Part shown: positions 19,144-29,569 of the stretch, in pieces
How positions within the stretch are numbered: the first letter of the stretch is position 1
How the letters are laid out: each line of letters begins with the position of its first letter
Assembly: GCA_965116875.1 (NCBI GenBank)
Contig: OZ220733.1
Span: 3,104,001 to 3,168,000, forward strand
From: Candidatus Latescibacterota bacterium
GTDB taxonomy: Bacteria > Latescibacterota > UBA2968 > GCA-2709665
Reading direction: 5' to 3'
Length of the DNA stretch: 64,000 bases
The notes under the pieces: generated by a model
Told to the model about the DNA's origin: nothing
The model's database searches: none
Seen by the model: only the letters and a program-made list of their open reading frames with translations
Translations under genes and position numbers: made by a program

Positions 19144-22100
19144 TCAGTTCTTGATTGCAAAGAGAATCTTGTAGGACACCGGCACGAACACGAGGGTGAT
19201 TACGGTGGCGAAAAGCAGGCCCGCCATAATGGCCACCGCCATCGGCTCCCACATCAGCCCGCCGCCCAGATAGAGGGGGATAAGCCCCAACGCCGTCGTA
19301 CAGGTGGTCAGCAGGATGGGGCGAAAACGCTGCTGAGCCGCGGAAACAATCGCCTCGGCGGACGCCTCCCCGGATCGATCCAGTTCGATCTGGATGCGGT
19401 CCAGGAGTACGATCGCATTGTTGATGACGATGCCGGCCAGCGAGATCAATCCGAGAAAGGCGAAGAAGCCAAAGAAAGAGCGGAACGCCAGCAATCCGGC
19501 GATGACGCCAATCAGGCCGAGCGGAATGGTGCTCAGCACGATGAAGGTCTTGCGGAAGGAGTTGAACTGAACAACCAACAACGCCAGAATGATAAAGCCG
19601 GACAGCGGCAGTTTGGCGACGACCGCGCTCATGGCCTCGCTGCTCTGCTCGGACTCGCCGCCCAATTCGTAGCGATAGCCCGGCTTCCACGATTCGCTGT
19701 CTTCATCGAGCCACGGGATGAGTACGTCGGTGACGTCCTGCGCCGTATAGCCGCTTTTCGCGTCGCACGTCACGGTCAGGGTGCGGTACAGGTCTCGCCG
19801 TATGATCCTGGCGAGTTGCCATTGAGGCACGATCCGCGCCACCTGTCCGAGCGGCACGTTTTCGCCCGAACTCTGGGCGTAGATGTTGATGCTCTCCAGT
19901 TGGCGCACATCCACGTTCTGACTGCTCTCGTTGCGCAGGACGATGGGGAGACTCTGGTCGCCGTCTCGTAAAGCTCCCGTATTGAATCCCGTGAGCGCGG
20001 TCTGCAACGAAACGGCGATATCCTGGTTGGTCAAGCCGGCATTCCCGGTCCTGGACTGGTCGATGTCTACGACGATTTTCTTGATCTTGGGCCCCCAATC
20101 GTCGCCGATATTCTGCGCACCGGATATCCCGTTGAGTCTTTGCTTGATACGCTCGGCCAGGCCGAACAGTTCGTTTGGGTCCGGCCCTGCTATCCGCACT
20201 GCCACGTCTCTGCCCCCTCCGCCGCCTGCCAACCTCGAAACCTGCACGTCGGCGTCGGGAAAGGAGTGGAAGCAGAAGCTATTAAGGCGATCGATGATCC
20301 ACTGATTGTCTTCGCCTGAACTTGTATTGAGTAACACATGGGCGTACCCGGAGTTGGCTTCACCCGGCTGATAGCCCAGGTCGTACGGAGGGGGCCCCTC
20401 GCTTACAAAGGTCGCCCATTCCGTAATTCCGCGATGGCGCTTCTCGCTCACCAGGAGACTATCCGCGATGTACGATTCGAGCCGTTCCACACGGTCGGTT
20501 GTCGTCTCGATCCTGGTACCCAGGGGCAAATTCAGATTGACCGTCAACAGGTTGCGCTCGCTGTCGGGAAAGAAGATGAACGGCAGAAGACCAAAGCCGA
20601 ATAGCGACGATACAAACAGACCGGCGATGATCCCCACAAACGGATAGGGGCGCCCGAGGGCTCTGAGGAGCAGCGCTTTATACTGGCTGTTCAGCCGGTC
20701 GATAAACGTGCTTTTCCCTGACTCGGAGGCCTGCCGTTTCACGCGGATGAAAAACACCGCCAACAGCGTGACCATGGTCAGGGAGAACAGCCAGGAAGAG
20801 AGCAGGGCTATGGTGATCACACTGAACAGCGGCCCCATCATCTCACCCATGATGGACGCCGCGAGAAAGAAGGACAGGAATGCGGCTGAAGTGGTCAGCG
20901 AAGAGACCAGAAGCGGTACTGCCAGCTCCCGAGCGGTTTCAATGGCGGCTTGCCTCACATCCGTACCCTTTTCCATCTTGACCACGATCGCTTCGGACAC
21001 CACGATGGCATTGTCGACCAGCATGCCCAGCGCCATGATTAACGCCGCCAGCGACACCTGATTGAGACCGATATCCAGCACTCCCATGATGAAAAGGGTG
21101 GCGATAATGGTCATGGGAATGAGACTGGCCACGACCATGCCGGTGCGAAGCCCCAGAAAAAGCAGCATCGACAGCAGCACAATGGCGACGCTTTGCAAGA
21201 GATTGCTCGTGAAGTTTGCGACCGATTTCTCGACCTCGATGTCCTGGGAAGCCACCCTGTATAGGGTTATGCCCAAAGGCAACCGTGCTTGATGGAGGGC
21301 CACGAGCTCGTCGATCTCTTTACCCAGCTTGATAATGTTGGCCCCTTCGCTGAGTGCCACGGAGAGCGCCAGGCCCGGCTGACCGTTGATTCTGACCAGG
21401 CGCTGGCGCGGCGTCTCATAGGCTCGCGCGATGCGGGTGACATCGCCGAGATACACGCTCCCGCCCTTGCCCACCGCGATCAACGTCCTCCCCAGATCGT
21501 CCAGGTCGGCGTAACTGCCGGTTGGTTCGAGCACGAGGCGTTCATCTTCCAGGCTGACCTCGCCGCCGGAAAATACGATGTTGGTACTGGCGATGCTGTT
21601 TTTGATCTTCTGCGCCGAAAGGCCCAACTCGGCCAGCCGGGCATCGTTGAATTGCAGGTATATTCGCTCCTCCTGGATGCCGCTTATTTTGACCTCTGCC
21701 GCGTCTGGCAGCTTGATCAGGTCGTCTCTCAGGTCTTCGGCATAGGACTCCAGTTCGGCAAAGGCGAATCCATCTCCCGTCAGGCCGAGCACAATGCCGT
21801 ACACCACCCCCACCCCATCGTCATTGACCCGGGGGTCATGGATACCTTCAGGCAGATCCGATCGGATCGTCTCAATCTTGCGACGCAACCGGTCCCATAC
21901 GAATTGGAGCCTCTCCGGATGTACCTCCTGTTTGAGTTCAACCGAGACTATGGACAGTCCGGTCCGCGATTCACTCGTGACGGTCTTCAATTCAGGCAAT
22001 TCTTGCGCGACTTCCTCGATCCTGCTGGTGATCAGGGCTTCGACCCGCTCGGGACCTGCACCTGGAAAACCGGTCACAACCGAGGCGACGCGGACCGTAT

Positions 22101-22218
22101 AGGGAGGCATACTGTCGCGTGGCATCGTCTGATACCCGAACAGACCCAGCAGGGCAACGACGAGCAAAACCACGATCGTAACGCGGTTGTTTTCCAGGGC
22201 AATTCGGGTGAGGTTCAT
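19144..22218 (-). CDS. RND efflux permease (AcrB/AcrD/AcrF family)
   Basis: 1024 aa; GMLVDNAIVV, GIVINNAIVLLD and RFRPILLTT motifs. Confidence 0.95.
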   Translation of the reverse strand: MNLTRIALENNRVTIVVLLVVALLGLFGYQTMPRDSMPPYTVRVASVVTGFPGAGPERVEALITSRIEEVAQELPELKTVTSESRTGLSIVSVELKQEVHPERLQFVWDRLRRKIETIRSDLPEGIHDPRVNDDGVGVVYGIVLGLTGDGFAFAELESYAEDLRDDLIKLPDAAEVKISGIQEERIYLQFNDARLAELGLSAQKIKNSIASTNIVFSGGEVSLEDERLVLEPTGSYADLDDLGRTLIAVGKGGSVYLGDVTRIARAYETPRQRLVRINGQPGLALSVALSEGANIIKLGKEIDELVALHQARLPLGITLYRVASQDIEVEKSVANFTSNLLQSVAIVLLSMLLFLGLRTGMVVASLIPMTIIATLFIMGVLDIGLNQVSLAALIMALGMLVDNAIVVSEAIVVKMEKGTDVRQAAIETARELAVPLLVSSLTTSAAFLSFFLAASIMGEMMGPLFSVITIALLSSWLFSLTMVTLLAVFFIRVKRQASESGKSTFIDRLNSQYKALLLRALGRPYPFVGIIAGLFVSSLFGFGLLPFIFFPDSERNLLTVNLNLPLGTRIETTTDRVERLESYIADSLLVSEKRHRGITEWATFVSEGPPPYDLGYQPGEANSGYAHVLLNTSSGEDNQWIIDRLNSFCFHSFPDADVQVSRLAGGGGGRDVAVRIAGPDPNELFGLAERIKQRLNGISGAQNIGDDWGPKIKKIVVDIDQSRTGNAGLTNQDIAVSLQTALTGFNTGALRDGDQSLPIVLRNESSQNVDVRQLESINIYAQSSGENVPLGQVARIVPQWQLARIIRRDLYRTLTVTCDAKSGYTAQDVTDVLIPWLDEDSESWKPGYRYELGGESEQSSEAMSAVVAKLPLSGFIILALLVVQFNSFRKTFIVLSTIPLGLIGVIAGLLAFRSFFGFFAFLGLISLAGIVINNAIVLLDRIQIELDRSGEASAEAIVSAAQQRFRPILLTTCTTALGLIPLYLGGGLMWEPMAVAIMAGLLFATVITLVFVPVSYKILFAIKN

Positions 22219-22246
22219 TGAAGAGTCCCTTCAGGCCCGGCGCGTC

Positions 22247-23356
22247 CTACTCCTGCAAAAGGCGCACCTTCATTCCGTTCAAGAGGGATCTGAGACCCGC
22301 TGTCGCGACCAACTCCCGGTCGGCGAGGCCCGCTTCCACGACAAAACCGTCCGCCAGCAATTCGCCGATCCGGATTGACCGTCGGCGAACCGTCCCCACG
22401 CCATTGACGACCCCTTCTATGACAAAAACAAACCGGCCTTCGGCATCTTCCCCTACCGCTTTTACGGGAACCACGAACGGGTCCTCCGACGCCTCCCCGG
22501 CGCCGAAGCGAAATTCCACCTCGCCGGCCATACCAGGGCGGATGGAGGGCGAAGGGGATTCGAGTCTGACAATGACCGGATAGGTACTGGCGGCGCCGAG
22601 CGCGTAGGCTATTTCGCGAACCCGGGCGGCAAAATCCACTCCCGGCAGAGCTGAAAAACGCACGCGCACGGGCTGTCGCGCCTGGATTTGGGCGATATAG
22701 CCCTCAGGGATCCCGACCACCATTTCGATATCCTCGCCCGCACTCAACTCCACCAGGGGCGCACCGGCCTGGATCACTTCGTTGACCTCGTTGTTAACTG
22801 CGGTGACGATGCCGGCGACGGGAGCGTATATCTCATTGTATCGTAGCTGGCGCACCTGCAAATCCAGACTCTTCTCGGCCGATTCGTAGCTGGAAGTGGC
22901 CGAGGCAAAACCGTTCTTCGCCTGTTCGTACTCGGCGAGCGAGACATTGTCGGCCTGGTAGAGTTGTCGCACGCGTATGAGCTTGGACTGGGCGTTGGCC
23001 TGCTGCACGCGGGCGTTTTCCAGCGCCGCCCTGGCCCGCTGATGCGCGAGGACCGCATCCCGGTTGTCGAGCATGGCGATGCGCTGTCCCGCTTCGACAC
23101 GGTCGCCCACCTTTACGCCGATCGATTCAATGAGACCGCCCGTTCTGAAGCTGAGCCTGGATTCGATGCCCGCTTTGGCGGTTCCGGCAAAACGCTGGCG
23201 TTGTACGGCGCTGGCGGGACGGACTTCGGCGTATTTTACCGGGCGAATGGTTTCGGCAACCTGCGGTTCGCCGTTGCAGGCAGTCCACATTCCCGTTACC
23301 GCAAGTAGAAACCCCGCAGATCCCAGCGTCCGTGTTGTTATGATGCTTCGCTTCAT
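22247..23356 (-). CDS. RND efflux periplasmic adaptor (membrane fusion protein)
   Basis: Lipobox WTAC; lipoyl half-motifs VKVGDRVEAGQ and IYAPVAGIV; coiled hairpin. Confidence 0.93.
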   Translation of the reverse strand: MKRSIITTRTLGSAGFLLAVTGMWTACNGEPQVAETIRPVKYAEVRPASAVQRQRFAGTAKAGIESRLSFRTGGLIESIGVKVGDRVEAGQRIAMLDNRDAVLAHQRARAALENARVQQANAQSKLIRVRQLYQADNVSLAEYEQAKNGFASATSSYESAEKSLDLQVRQLRYNEIYAPVAGIVTAVNNEVNEVIQAGAPLVELSAGEDIEMVVGIPEGYIAQIQARQPVRVRFSALPGVDFAARVREIAYALGAASTYPVIVRLESPSPSIRPGMAGEVEFRFGAGEASEDPFVVPVKAVGEDAEGRFVFVIEGVVNGVGTVRRRSIRIGELLADGFVVEAGLADRELVATAGLRSLLNGMKVRLLQE

Positions 23357-25713
23357 TGTGAATTCTTCCTCTTGGAGAAGAAGACCCTCAAGCGCCCGAC
23401 AAAGGCCTCCCGCTCCTCTGACGTCATGAACATGGTATAAGCTCCGAGGCTGTTCTCCAATTGCAGATAGCTGACCAGATATTCATAGACGGCCGCGGCC
23501 GCGGCCTGACGGGCGGAGAGTGCGACTCGCTGGGCATCCACCAGTTGGGCGATTTCCAATTGGCCCTTAAGATAAGCTTCTTGTACCAGGTCCAGGTTCT
23601 TCGCGGCGCTCCTTGCCGCCAAGTCGGCAAAGTGTATATTCGTTCGCCGGGACACCAGATTCGTCATCCGCACCCGGACGGCCTGGGAGAGCTGCTGACG
23701 CAGACTTTCCTCCTGAAGGCGGAGTTGCTGCTGCTGAATCGCGGTCCTGTCGATGTCGATCTTGCGCTGGTTACCCTGAAAAAGGGGGTACGTAAAGTTG
23801 AGGGCCAGGTTCCAGGCGCCTTTGGCGGGATCGGACGAGGCCGGCGGCATTCCCTTGCCGCCGCGCCAGAGAGTATAGTCCGCCTGTCCGCGCACGGCCA
23901 CTGTCGGCAGGTAGTACATCCTCCGGTTCATCCGCTGCTGGCGTTCGGCTGCCTTCATATTGGCTGCCAGTTGTTTGAGCGAAGGCATGTTTTTCAGGGC
24001 CTCCTCGACGAGAAAGTCGGTCAGGATTTCCACGTCGCCTGCCCGGTCGATCAGCGGACCGATGCTTGCCGGGTCGAAACGGCCGAACGGTTCGTCAGAT
24101 AACAATGCATCCTCCACCTCGAACTCCTCGCCGATATCCGGCCGGTTGAGCAGTCGATTGAGCTGTACTTTGGCCAGGTATACGTTGTTGAATGCCTCGA
24201 TTGAGGCCTGCGTGGTCCGGGCCACTTCGCTCTCCCAGCGGTATACGTCGGCGATCCCGGCATAGCCGACAGCGTTTCTGGTGCGGGCAATCTTCAGATT
24301 GCGGCGCGAGACCTCGAGGTTCTCGTCCTGTATGCGCGCCCCTGTCCTGGCCAGAAGGATATCGAAGTATGCCGTGGCAAGACTCAACACCACGTCGAGC
24401 GCGACCAGATCGGCGCGATGCCGGGCGGCCTCGGCCAGGTAACGCTGTATTTCGAGATTGGCGAAAGCCGGTTCCGAAAACAACACCTGCTGTACAGTCC
24501 CCGTTCCCGCTATCGACCGCTCCGGCTGTTGTCCTCGAGCGCGTTCGGCAACCTGGGGATCGATCTGCAAGATCGTGGCCGAGGCATCCACGGTGGGCAG
24601 GAGAGGTGATCTGGCTCGACGAATGTCCTGGCCGGCCAGGTCAACGCCGCGTTGTTCGATGCGGAGGTCGAGGTTGGTCTTCAAACCCTCCGCAACGACT
24701 TCACTCAAGCTGAAGCGTCGATCGGCCGCAGGTTCGTCGACGTGAAGGAAACGAGCGGAAAACAGCGTTTCGAAGGGGAGGTCGAGACCGATTCGCCGGA
24801 CGGTTGCCGCATTGATCACCCACTGATCGTCGAGACTGCGCTTTACCGGCATCGCTGCAAGATCCTCGCCCAGCACGACAGCCTCGACGATCAGGGCAAG
24901 ATTGCGGATGATCAGATCCTGGCCGTTCTCGTTGCCGATACACGCCATGATGCCCGCGTCCACAAAAGACCGGCTCAGGGAAAAGGACGGCAGCTTGCGA
25001 TCGTCAAGGACCGCCGCCAGTTGCGCGACCTCCTCCGGTGTTCGATCCAGGACCATCGCCAGATAGACCGAATCGACCGTGTCGCTCAGCGCGGGCAGGG
25101 CCTCTTCCGAACCCCAGAAGACCAATTCCACCTCGGCCCCGTAAGCGGATACCAGATGATTGAAGAAACTTTCAAGCCCCAGCCTGCCTTTCAAATATCC
25201 GCTGGCGATGACGGCCATACGTCGAAACGGATGAATGCGTCTGAACGCTTCCAGATCTTTTCGGATCTGATGAGAGTTCAGGACATAGGTGAAATTCTCT
25301 ACGCCGGAAACGCCCGGCTCGGCGAGGGGAATCTGTTGCAGTTCGGCGTCCAGTATTCCAACGGCGATCGTCGGTTTCGGAAAATCGCCGTGTGTGGTCA
25401 AAATCCCGGTGCTTGCGGGTCCGACGGCGATGATCAGATCGACCGCCGGGTCGTTGACCAACGAAAGATAGTCGGGTAACTCAGCGGAAAAGTGGATGTG
25501 CTCGGGGAGGAAGTGGACTGATCTTTCGGTTCCCAGTACCTTGTGTATTTCCTCCTTCAAGTCGATAAGTCTGCTCCCGGTATCGATTGAGGGCGCCGAA
25601 AAATCCAGCAGCAAGCCAATATGGATGTCGCGTCTGTCGATCTGAGCCTGGGCCGAACACGGAGGCCACATGAGTGCGAGTAAGGGGGCGAACGCTATAG
25701 CCATTCGTAGCAT
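23353..25713 (-). CDS. TolC-family outer membrane factor fused to an N-terminal ABC substrate-binding-like domain
   Basis: C-terminal ~450 aa has two outer-membrane-efflux repeats; N-terminal ~320 aa resembles periplasmic binding proteins (DLIIAVG, INAATVRRIGLDLP). Start uncertain (MLRMAIAF). Confidence 0.8.
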   Translation of the reverse strand: MLRMAIAFAPLLALMWPPCSAQAQIDRRDIHIGLLLDFSAPSIDTGSRLIDLKEEIHKVLGTERSVHFLPEHIHFSAELPDYLSLVNDPAVDLIIAVGPASTGILTTHGDFPKPTIAVGILDAELQQIPLAEPGVSGVENFTYVLNSHQIRKDLEAFRRIHPFRRMAVIASGYLKGRLGLESFFNHLVSAYGAEVELVFWGSEEALPALSDTVDSVYLAMVLDRTPEEVAQLAAVLDDRKLPSFSLSRSFVDAGIMACIGNENGQDLIIRNLALIVEAVVLGEDLAAMPVKRSLDDQWVINAATVRRIGLDLPFETLFSARFLHVDEPAADRRFSLSEVVAEGLKTNLDLRIEQRGVDLAGQDIRRARSPLLPTVDASATILQIDPQVAERARGQQPERSIAGTGTVQQVLFSEPAFANLEIQRYLAEAARHRADLVALDVVLSLATAYFDILLARTGARIQDENLEVSRRNLKIARTRNAVGYAGIADVYRWESEVARTTQASIEAFNNVYLAKVQLNRLLNRPDIGEEFEVEDALLSDEPFGRFDPASIGPLIDRAGDVEILTDFLVEEALKNMPSLKQLAANMKAAERQQRMNRRMYYLPTVAVRGQADYTLWRGGKGMPPASSDPAKGAWNLALNFTYPLFQGNQRKIDIDRTAIQQQQLRLQEESLRQQLSQAVRVRMTNLVSRRTNIHFADLAARSAAKNLDLVQEAYLKGQLEIAQLVDAQRVALSARQAAAAAVYEYLVSYLQLENSLGAYTMFMTSEEREAFVGRLRVFFSKRKNSQ

Positions 25714-26104
25714 CGGGAGATTCACTCGATCCGGGTCGAAAGTAACAGAGTAAACCGTCAATGGCAGGAAATCAATGGGACACAACGCTTACGGGCTGCC
25801 CGGCTTCCGTATCGGAATTCCCTGGACGGATTCCTCGACGCAGCCAAGCCCGTTTACTTCAGGTGGGTACAACGGGAATATCTATACCGTATGGACATTT
25901 AATAAAAGTTCGCCGATTCTGTCAAATGGTTTTCCATTCTTGCAAGACATCCGACCGACTGCGAGTAACACAATGCGCCGTCGAAAACCCGAACGCCTCC
26001 TGCGCAGGGACGTTTTTGGTTGCAGCGAGAATGATTAAGCGTTATTTTTATTATAACTTATTCAGCGCAACGTCGTCCATTGCAGCGATGGGAGAGCGTC
26101 TGAG

Positions 26105-26890
26105 GTGGCGTTCCATGAAGCGTTACTACTGGGAATTGTGCAGGGACTGTCCGAGTTCCTTCCGGTGAGCAGTTCCGGGCATCTCGTTCTGGGCCAGGCG
26201 TTGCTGGGCGTGCTGCCGGGAGACCTGGTGTTCGAGGTCATCGTCCACTGCGGAACGCTGCTCGCCGTACTCACGGTGCTGGGAGGCAGGATCCGGGGAT
26301 TGGCATCCGGCTGTGTCCGGCGGGACCCTGCGTCCTGGCGCATGGTGCTGCTGTTGCTGGTCGGCACAATCCCGGCCGGCGCCATTGGTCTGCTTTTCGA
26401 GGACTACCTGGGACTGGCGTTCCGAAGCCCCGTCGCGGCGGCCGGTTGCCTGGTCGCAACGGGAGCCGTACTCTGGAGCTCCCGCTACGTTTCGCGCAGG
26501 CGGAAAGAGATCGGGGTTGGCGATGCGCTGCTTATCGGGTTCGCGCAGGCGTTTGCGATACTCCCGGGAATTTCGCGGTCCGGCCTGACAATCTGCGCCG
26601 GTTTGTGGCGAGGTATGGACGGCCGTGAAGCAGCGTCTTTTTCTTTTCTGCTGTCGATCCCCGTGATCCTCGGTGCGACTGTACTGAAGGCGGGCGGCCT
26701 CATCGCCGAACCGCCCGACCGGGACGTCATCGGACCCCTGCTGATCGGTCTGGTGGCTGCATTCGTCTCCGGCGTGGTTGCGATCCGGTGGCTGTTCGGC
26801 CTGTTGCAGGGCGGCCGGCTGGACCGGTTTTCATACTATTGTTGGGCGATTGGATTCACGGCGTTGACGATCTTCTGGCTGGGCTCGTGA
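26105..26890 (+). CDS. uppP: Undecaprenyl-diphosphate phosphatase
   Basis: GIVQGLSEFLPVSSSGH and PGISRSG signature motifs. Confidence 0.95.
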   Translation: MAFHEALLLGIVQGLSEFLPVSSSGHLVLGQALLGVLPGDLVFEVIVHCGTLLAVLTVLGGRIRGLASGCVRRDPASWRMVLLLLVGTIPAGAIGLLFEDYLGLAFRSPVAAAGCLVATGAVLWSSRYVSRRRKEIGVGDALLIGFAQAFAILPGISRSGLTICAGLWRGMDGREAASFSFLLSIPVILGATVLKAGGLIAEPPDRDVIGPLLIGLVAAFVSGVVAIRWLFGLLQGGRLDRFSYYCWAIGFTALTIFWLGS

Positions 26891-26901
26891 AGGGACTCTG
26901 T

Positions 26902-27297
26902 ATGCGAATGGCGATATGTCTTGTTGTCCTTGTCATAGTGGCGGGGTGTGGGAGAGATCCAAAGGGTTTGCAGGCCGAAGAACTGTCGGATCTGCTGTCC
27001 ATCACGAACCTGTCCGCGCAACCGGTGTACGATCGGGGTGATCCGCCCCGGATTGTCGCGGTGCGGATCGAGGCGGACGTGGTCCACGTTGGAGATGTAC
27101 CGATCAACGAACCGTTTGTGCTGACCTGGCGGCTCGTTGACGATCGGAATGAAACGGTGGGAGAGGGTTCGAAGCGACTTGAGGGAAATATGGAACCCGG
27201 CGCGGTACGGCGCGTGACGTTGACCGTGGAATTCGAAGCCCGGGAAAGCGTTGCGGGACTGAGGAACGTGGCTACATTCGATCCCGTGTCCGGATAG
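26902..27297 (+). CDS. Small lipoprotein with Ig-like fold, function unknown
   Basis: MRMAICLVVLVIVAGC lipobox directly after uppP. Confidence 0.7.
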   Translation: MRMAICLVVLVIVAGCGRDPKGLQAEELSDLLSITNLSAQPVYDRGDPPRIVAVRIEADVVHVGDVPINEPFVLTWRLVDDRNETVGEGSKRLEGNMEPGAVRRVTLTVEFEARESVAGLRNVATFDPVSG

Positions 27298-27423
27298 GCC
27301 AGAAATGCCTTGATTGCCTATTCCGGATGTGGTATTTTCCCGCCTTGACCGCCACTTTTTCGCTCGCGTTCGGGAACTCACCGGTAATTCTAAGACAGCT
27401 TCTTACATACAGGGATCCCGTCT

Positions 27424-27447
27424 CCGGCGCCTTTGCCGGGTTTTTTT
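27424..27447 (+). terminator. Possible intrinsic terminator or attenuator
   Basis: CCGGC-GCCTTT-GCCGG followed by T7, 17 nt before the next start codon. Confidence 0.4.
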
Positions 27448-27464
27448 CGCCTGGAAGGGAACGA

Positions 27465-28181
27465 ATGGAACTCTACGTCATCCGCCATGGGCAATCGGCA
27501 AACAACGCGATGGCAGAAGGCGGCCGCCGGGTGTGTGATCCGCCGTTGACCGAAATCGGAGAAGCGCAGGCAGATCGACTTGCGGGCTACCTGGCCGCGG
27601 ACGGGGGAGGGGCTGACGGGATTCACCCCGCGGGGATGCAGCAGAATTGTGCCGGTTTTTTGTTCGACAGGATTTTTTCGAGCCCGATGCTGCGCGCAAT
27701 GCAGACTGCGGCGCCGGCAGGAAAGGCGATGGGCATCCGGCCCGAGATCTGGATTGATATTCACGAGGAGGGCGGAATCTGGCTGGATGAGGGGGACGGC
27801 AGGGGAGAGGTGGGGTATTCCGGTCTCACAGCCAGCGAAATCAACTCGCGGTTCCCGGAATTCGTGGTGCCCGAAGCGATCACGGACGAGGGTTGGTGGA
27901 ACCGGCCGCCGGAGATAAAGGAGGTATGGCGCGCACGTGCGAGGCGGGTGGCATCCGTGATCCACGATCGGTTTGCCGGTACCGAGGAGCGGATAGCGCT
28001 GGTGTGCCACGGGGGATTTGCCAACGACCTGCTCCACGCCGTGTTCGCGGGTATGCCGGACGGCGTCTATTTCGAAAGCCCCAATACCGCCGTCAGCCGG
28101 CTGGATTTCAACGGCAAAGGATGGGTGCAGATCCGGTACCTGAACCGCGTGGCCCACCTCCCGCCGGAACTGATTACGTGA
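27465..28181 (+). CDS. Histidine phosphatase (phosphoglycerate mutase family)
   Basis: MELYVIRHGQS, SSPMLRAMQTA, LVCHGG motifs. Confidence 0.92.
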   Translation: MELYVIRHGQSANNAMAEGGRRVCDPPLTEIGEAQADRLAGYLAADGGGADGIHPAGMQQNCAGFLFDRIFSSPMLRAMQTAAPAGKAMGIRPEIWIDIHEEGGIWLDEGDGRGEVGYSGLTASEINSRFPEFVVPEAITDEGWWNRPPEIKEVWRARARRVASVIHDRFAGTEERIALVCHGGFANDLLHAVFAGMPDGVYFESPNTAVSRLDFNGKGWVQIRYLNRVAHLPPELIT

Positions 28182-28271
28182 GACGTCGGGCCAGGGCACT
28201 CAGGTCGGAAGATGGAAGTTCAAACTCAATTCGAAAATTACAGCGGTAGAATGGCCACAAAGAGCCTGAGT

Positions 28272-28420
28272 GCGGGTAGAGGGTAGAGGGAAGACGGGAG
28301 AAGAATCCCTTGCCCGAATAGTTATTCCTTTTTGCCTCCGGCGGGAGAAGTAACTTCATAAGGCAGGTAATCTCTCCCCTCTACCGTCTCACGCCTACCT
28401 GCTTCTGAGGTGTCGGGGGG
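28272..28420. repeat. ~150-bp dispersed element with inverted heptamer-repeat arms, copy B
   Basis: Reverse complement aligns with 6647-6794 at both arms and partly in the core. Confidence 0.65.
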
Positions 28421-28486
28421 TGAGCCAGCGACCTCAGACTCGCATCGTTAACCCTTCGTTTCACATTCGCATCGAGGTGTTTCATT

Positions 28487-29494
28487 ATGGCAAGACCCGA
28501 AGTGATTCTTTCCGGATTCGCCGATGAGGGTCCCGTGAACAAGCGGGCGGAAGAGCAGCTGACCATGATGTCAGCCCTCGGGCTTTCGTATTACACGATC
28601 AGGTTCATCGATCTTGGCAACGGCGTGAAGAACGTCATGGAACTTTCGGACGAGGAAGTACAACGGCTTCAGGACCTGCACGGCGCGTTTCAGATCGGCG
28701 TGTCGAGCGTGGGATCTCCGCTCGGCAAAGTCAAGCTCGTGGACGAGGACGACGGCACGCAGAACCGGTACGTCCCGTTCGAGTCCTATCTGAAGAACGA
28801 CGTTCAGCGGGCGATCGATCTGGCGCACGCCTTCAACACCAGACTGATCCGCGGGTTCAGTTATTACCATCCACACGGGCAGGACCCATGGCCGTACCTG
28901 GACCGGGCGGCGGATCAGCTGGGAGCAATCGTCGAAACGTGCGCTTCGGCAGGGGTGGTTTACGGCATGGAGGTGGAGGCCGATCTGATTGGCGGGGACG
29001 GGGACACATTGATCGCTTTGTATGAAAAAATCAACAGTCCCCATGTGTGCATCATTCCGGACGTGGGTAACATGGAGTCCAGCGGCCACAGCCCGGACAG
29101 CGCGTATGAGCACTACGTCAAGATGAAACCCGGCGTGGGATGGATACACATCAAGGGGTTCAACAATCCGTCGAACCAGCCCATGCTGGATGCGGCCGGG
29201 GACCGGGGATTGACCCGGTTCATCCCCGTGGACCGGGGCGATTCGGGTCACGAGCAGGTTCTGCGGGATTTCCGGACGCTGGTGCCTGAGATTCAGGGGC
29301 GTCTGTCGCCGCTGGGCGTGCCGGGCGTATTCGTGGATCTGGAGCCGCACGTGAAGGGCGGCGGGCAGTTTGGAGGCGTGAGCGGTGTGGACGGGTTCGG
29401 CGTGGCCTTTCGAAGTCTCTGCCGTCTTCTGGATTACCTGGAGTTCGACTATCGGCTGACGGGCTACGAAGATATCTCCAATCCCGCGTCGTAA
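28487..29494 (+). CDS. Sugar phosphate isomerase/epimerase (xylose isomerase-like TIM barrel)
   Basis: SGFADE N-terminus; metal-ligand motifs MEVE, DVGN, HIK, LEPH. Confidence 0.85.
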   Translation: MARPEVILSGFADEGPVNKRAEEQLTMMSALGLSYYTIRFIDLGNGVKNVMELSDEEVQRLQDLHGAFQIGVSSVGSPLGKVKLVDEDDGTQNRYVPFESYLKNDVQRAIDLAHAFNTRLIRGFSYYHPHGQDPWPYLDRAADQLGAIVETCASAGVVYGMEVEADLIGGDGDTLIALYEKINSPHVCIIPDVGNMESSGHSPDSAYEHYVKMKPGVGWIHIKGFNNPSNQPMLDAAGDRGLTRFIPVDRGDSGHEQVLRDFRTLVPEIQGRLSPLGVPGVFVDLEPHVKGGGQFGGVSGVDGFGVAFRSLCRLLDYLEFDYRLTGYEDISNPAS

Positions 29495-29513
29495 GCCGTC
29501 GCGGGCACAAAAC

Positions 29514-29554
29514 GCCAGGGGTGCGGGTCTTGCGCCCCTGGCCTTTTTTCTTTT
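29514..29554 (+). terminator. Intrinsic terminator
   Basis: GCCAGGGGTGC...GCGCCCCTGGC stem followed by a T-rich tract. Confidence 0.75.
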
Positions 29555-29569
29555 CAGACCGAGGCCTGC

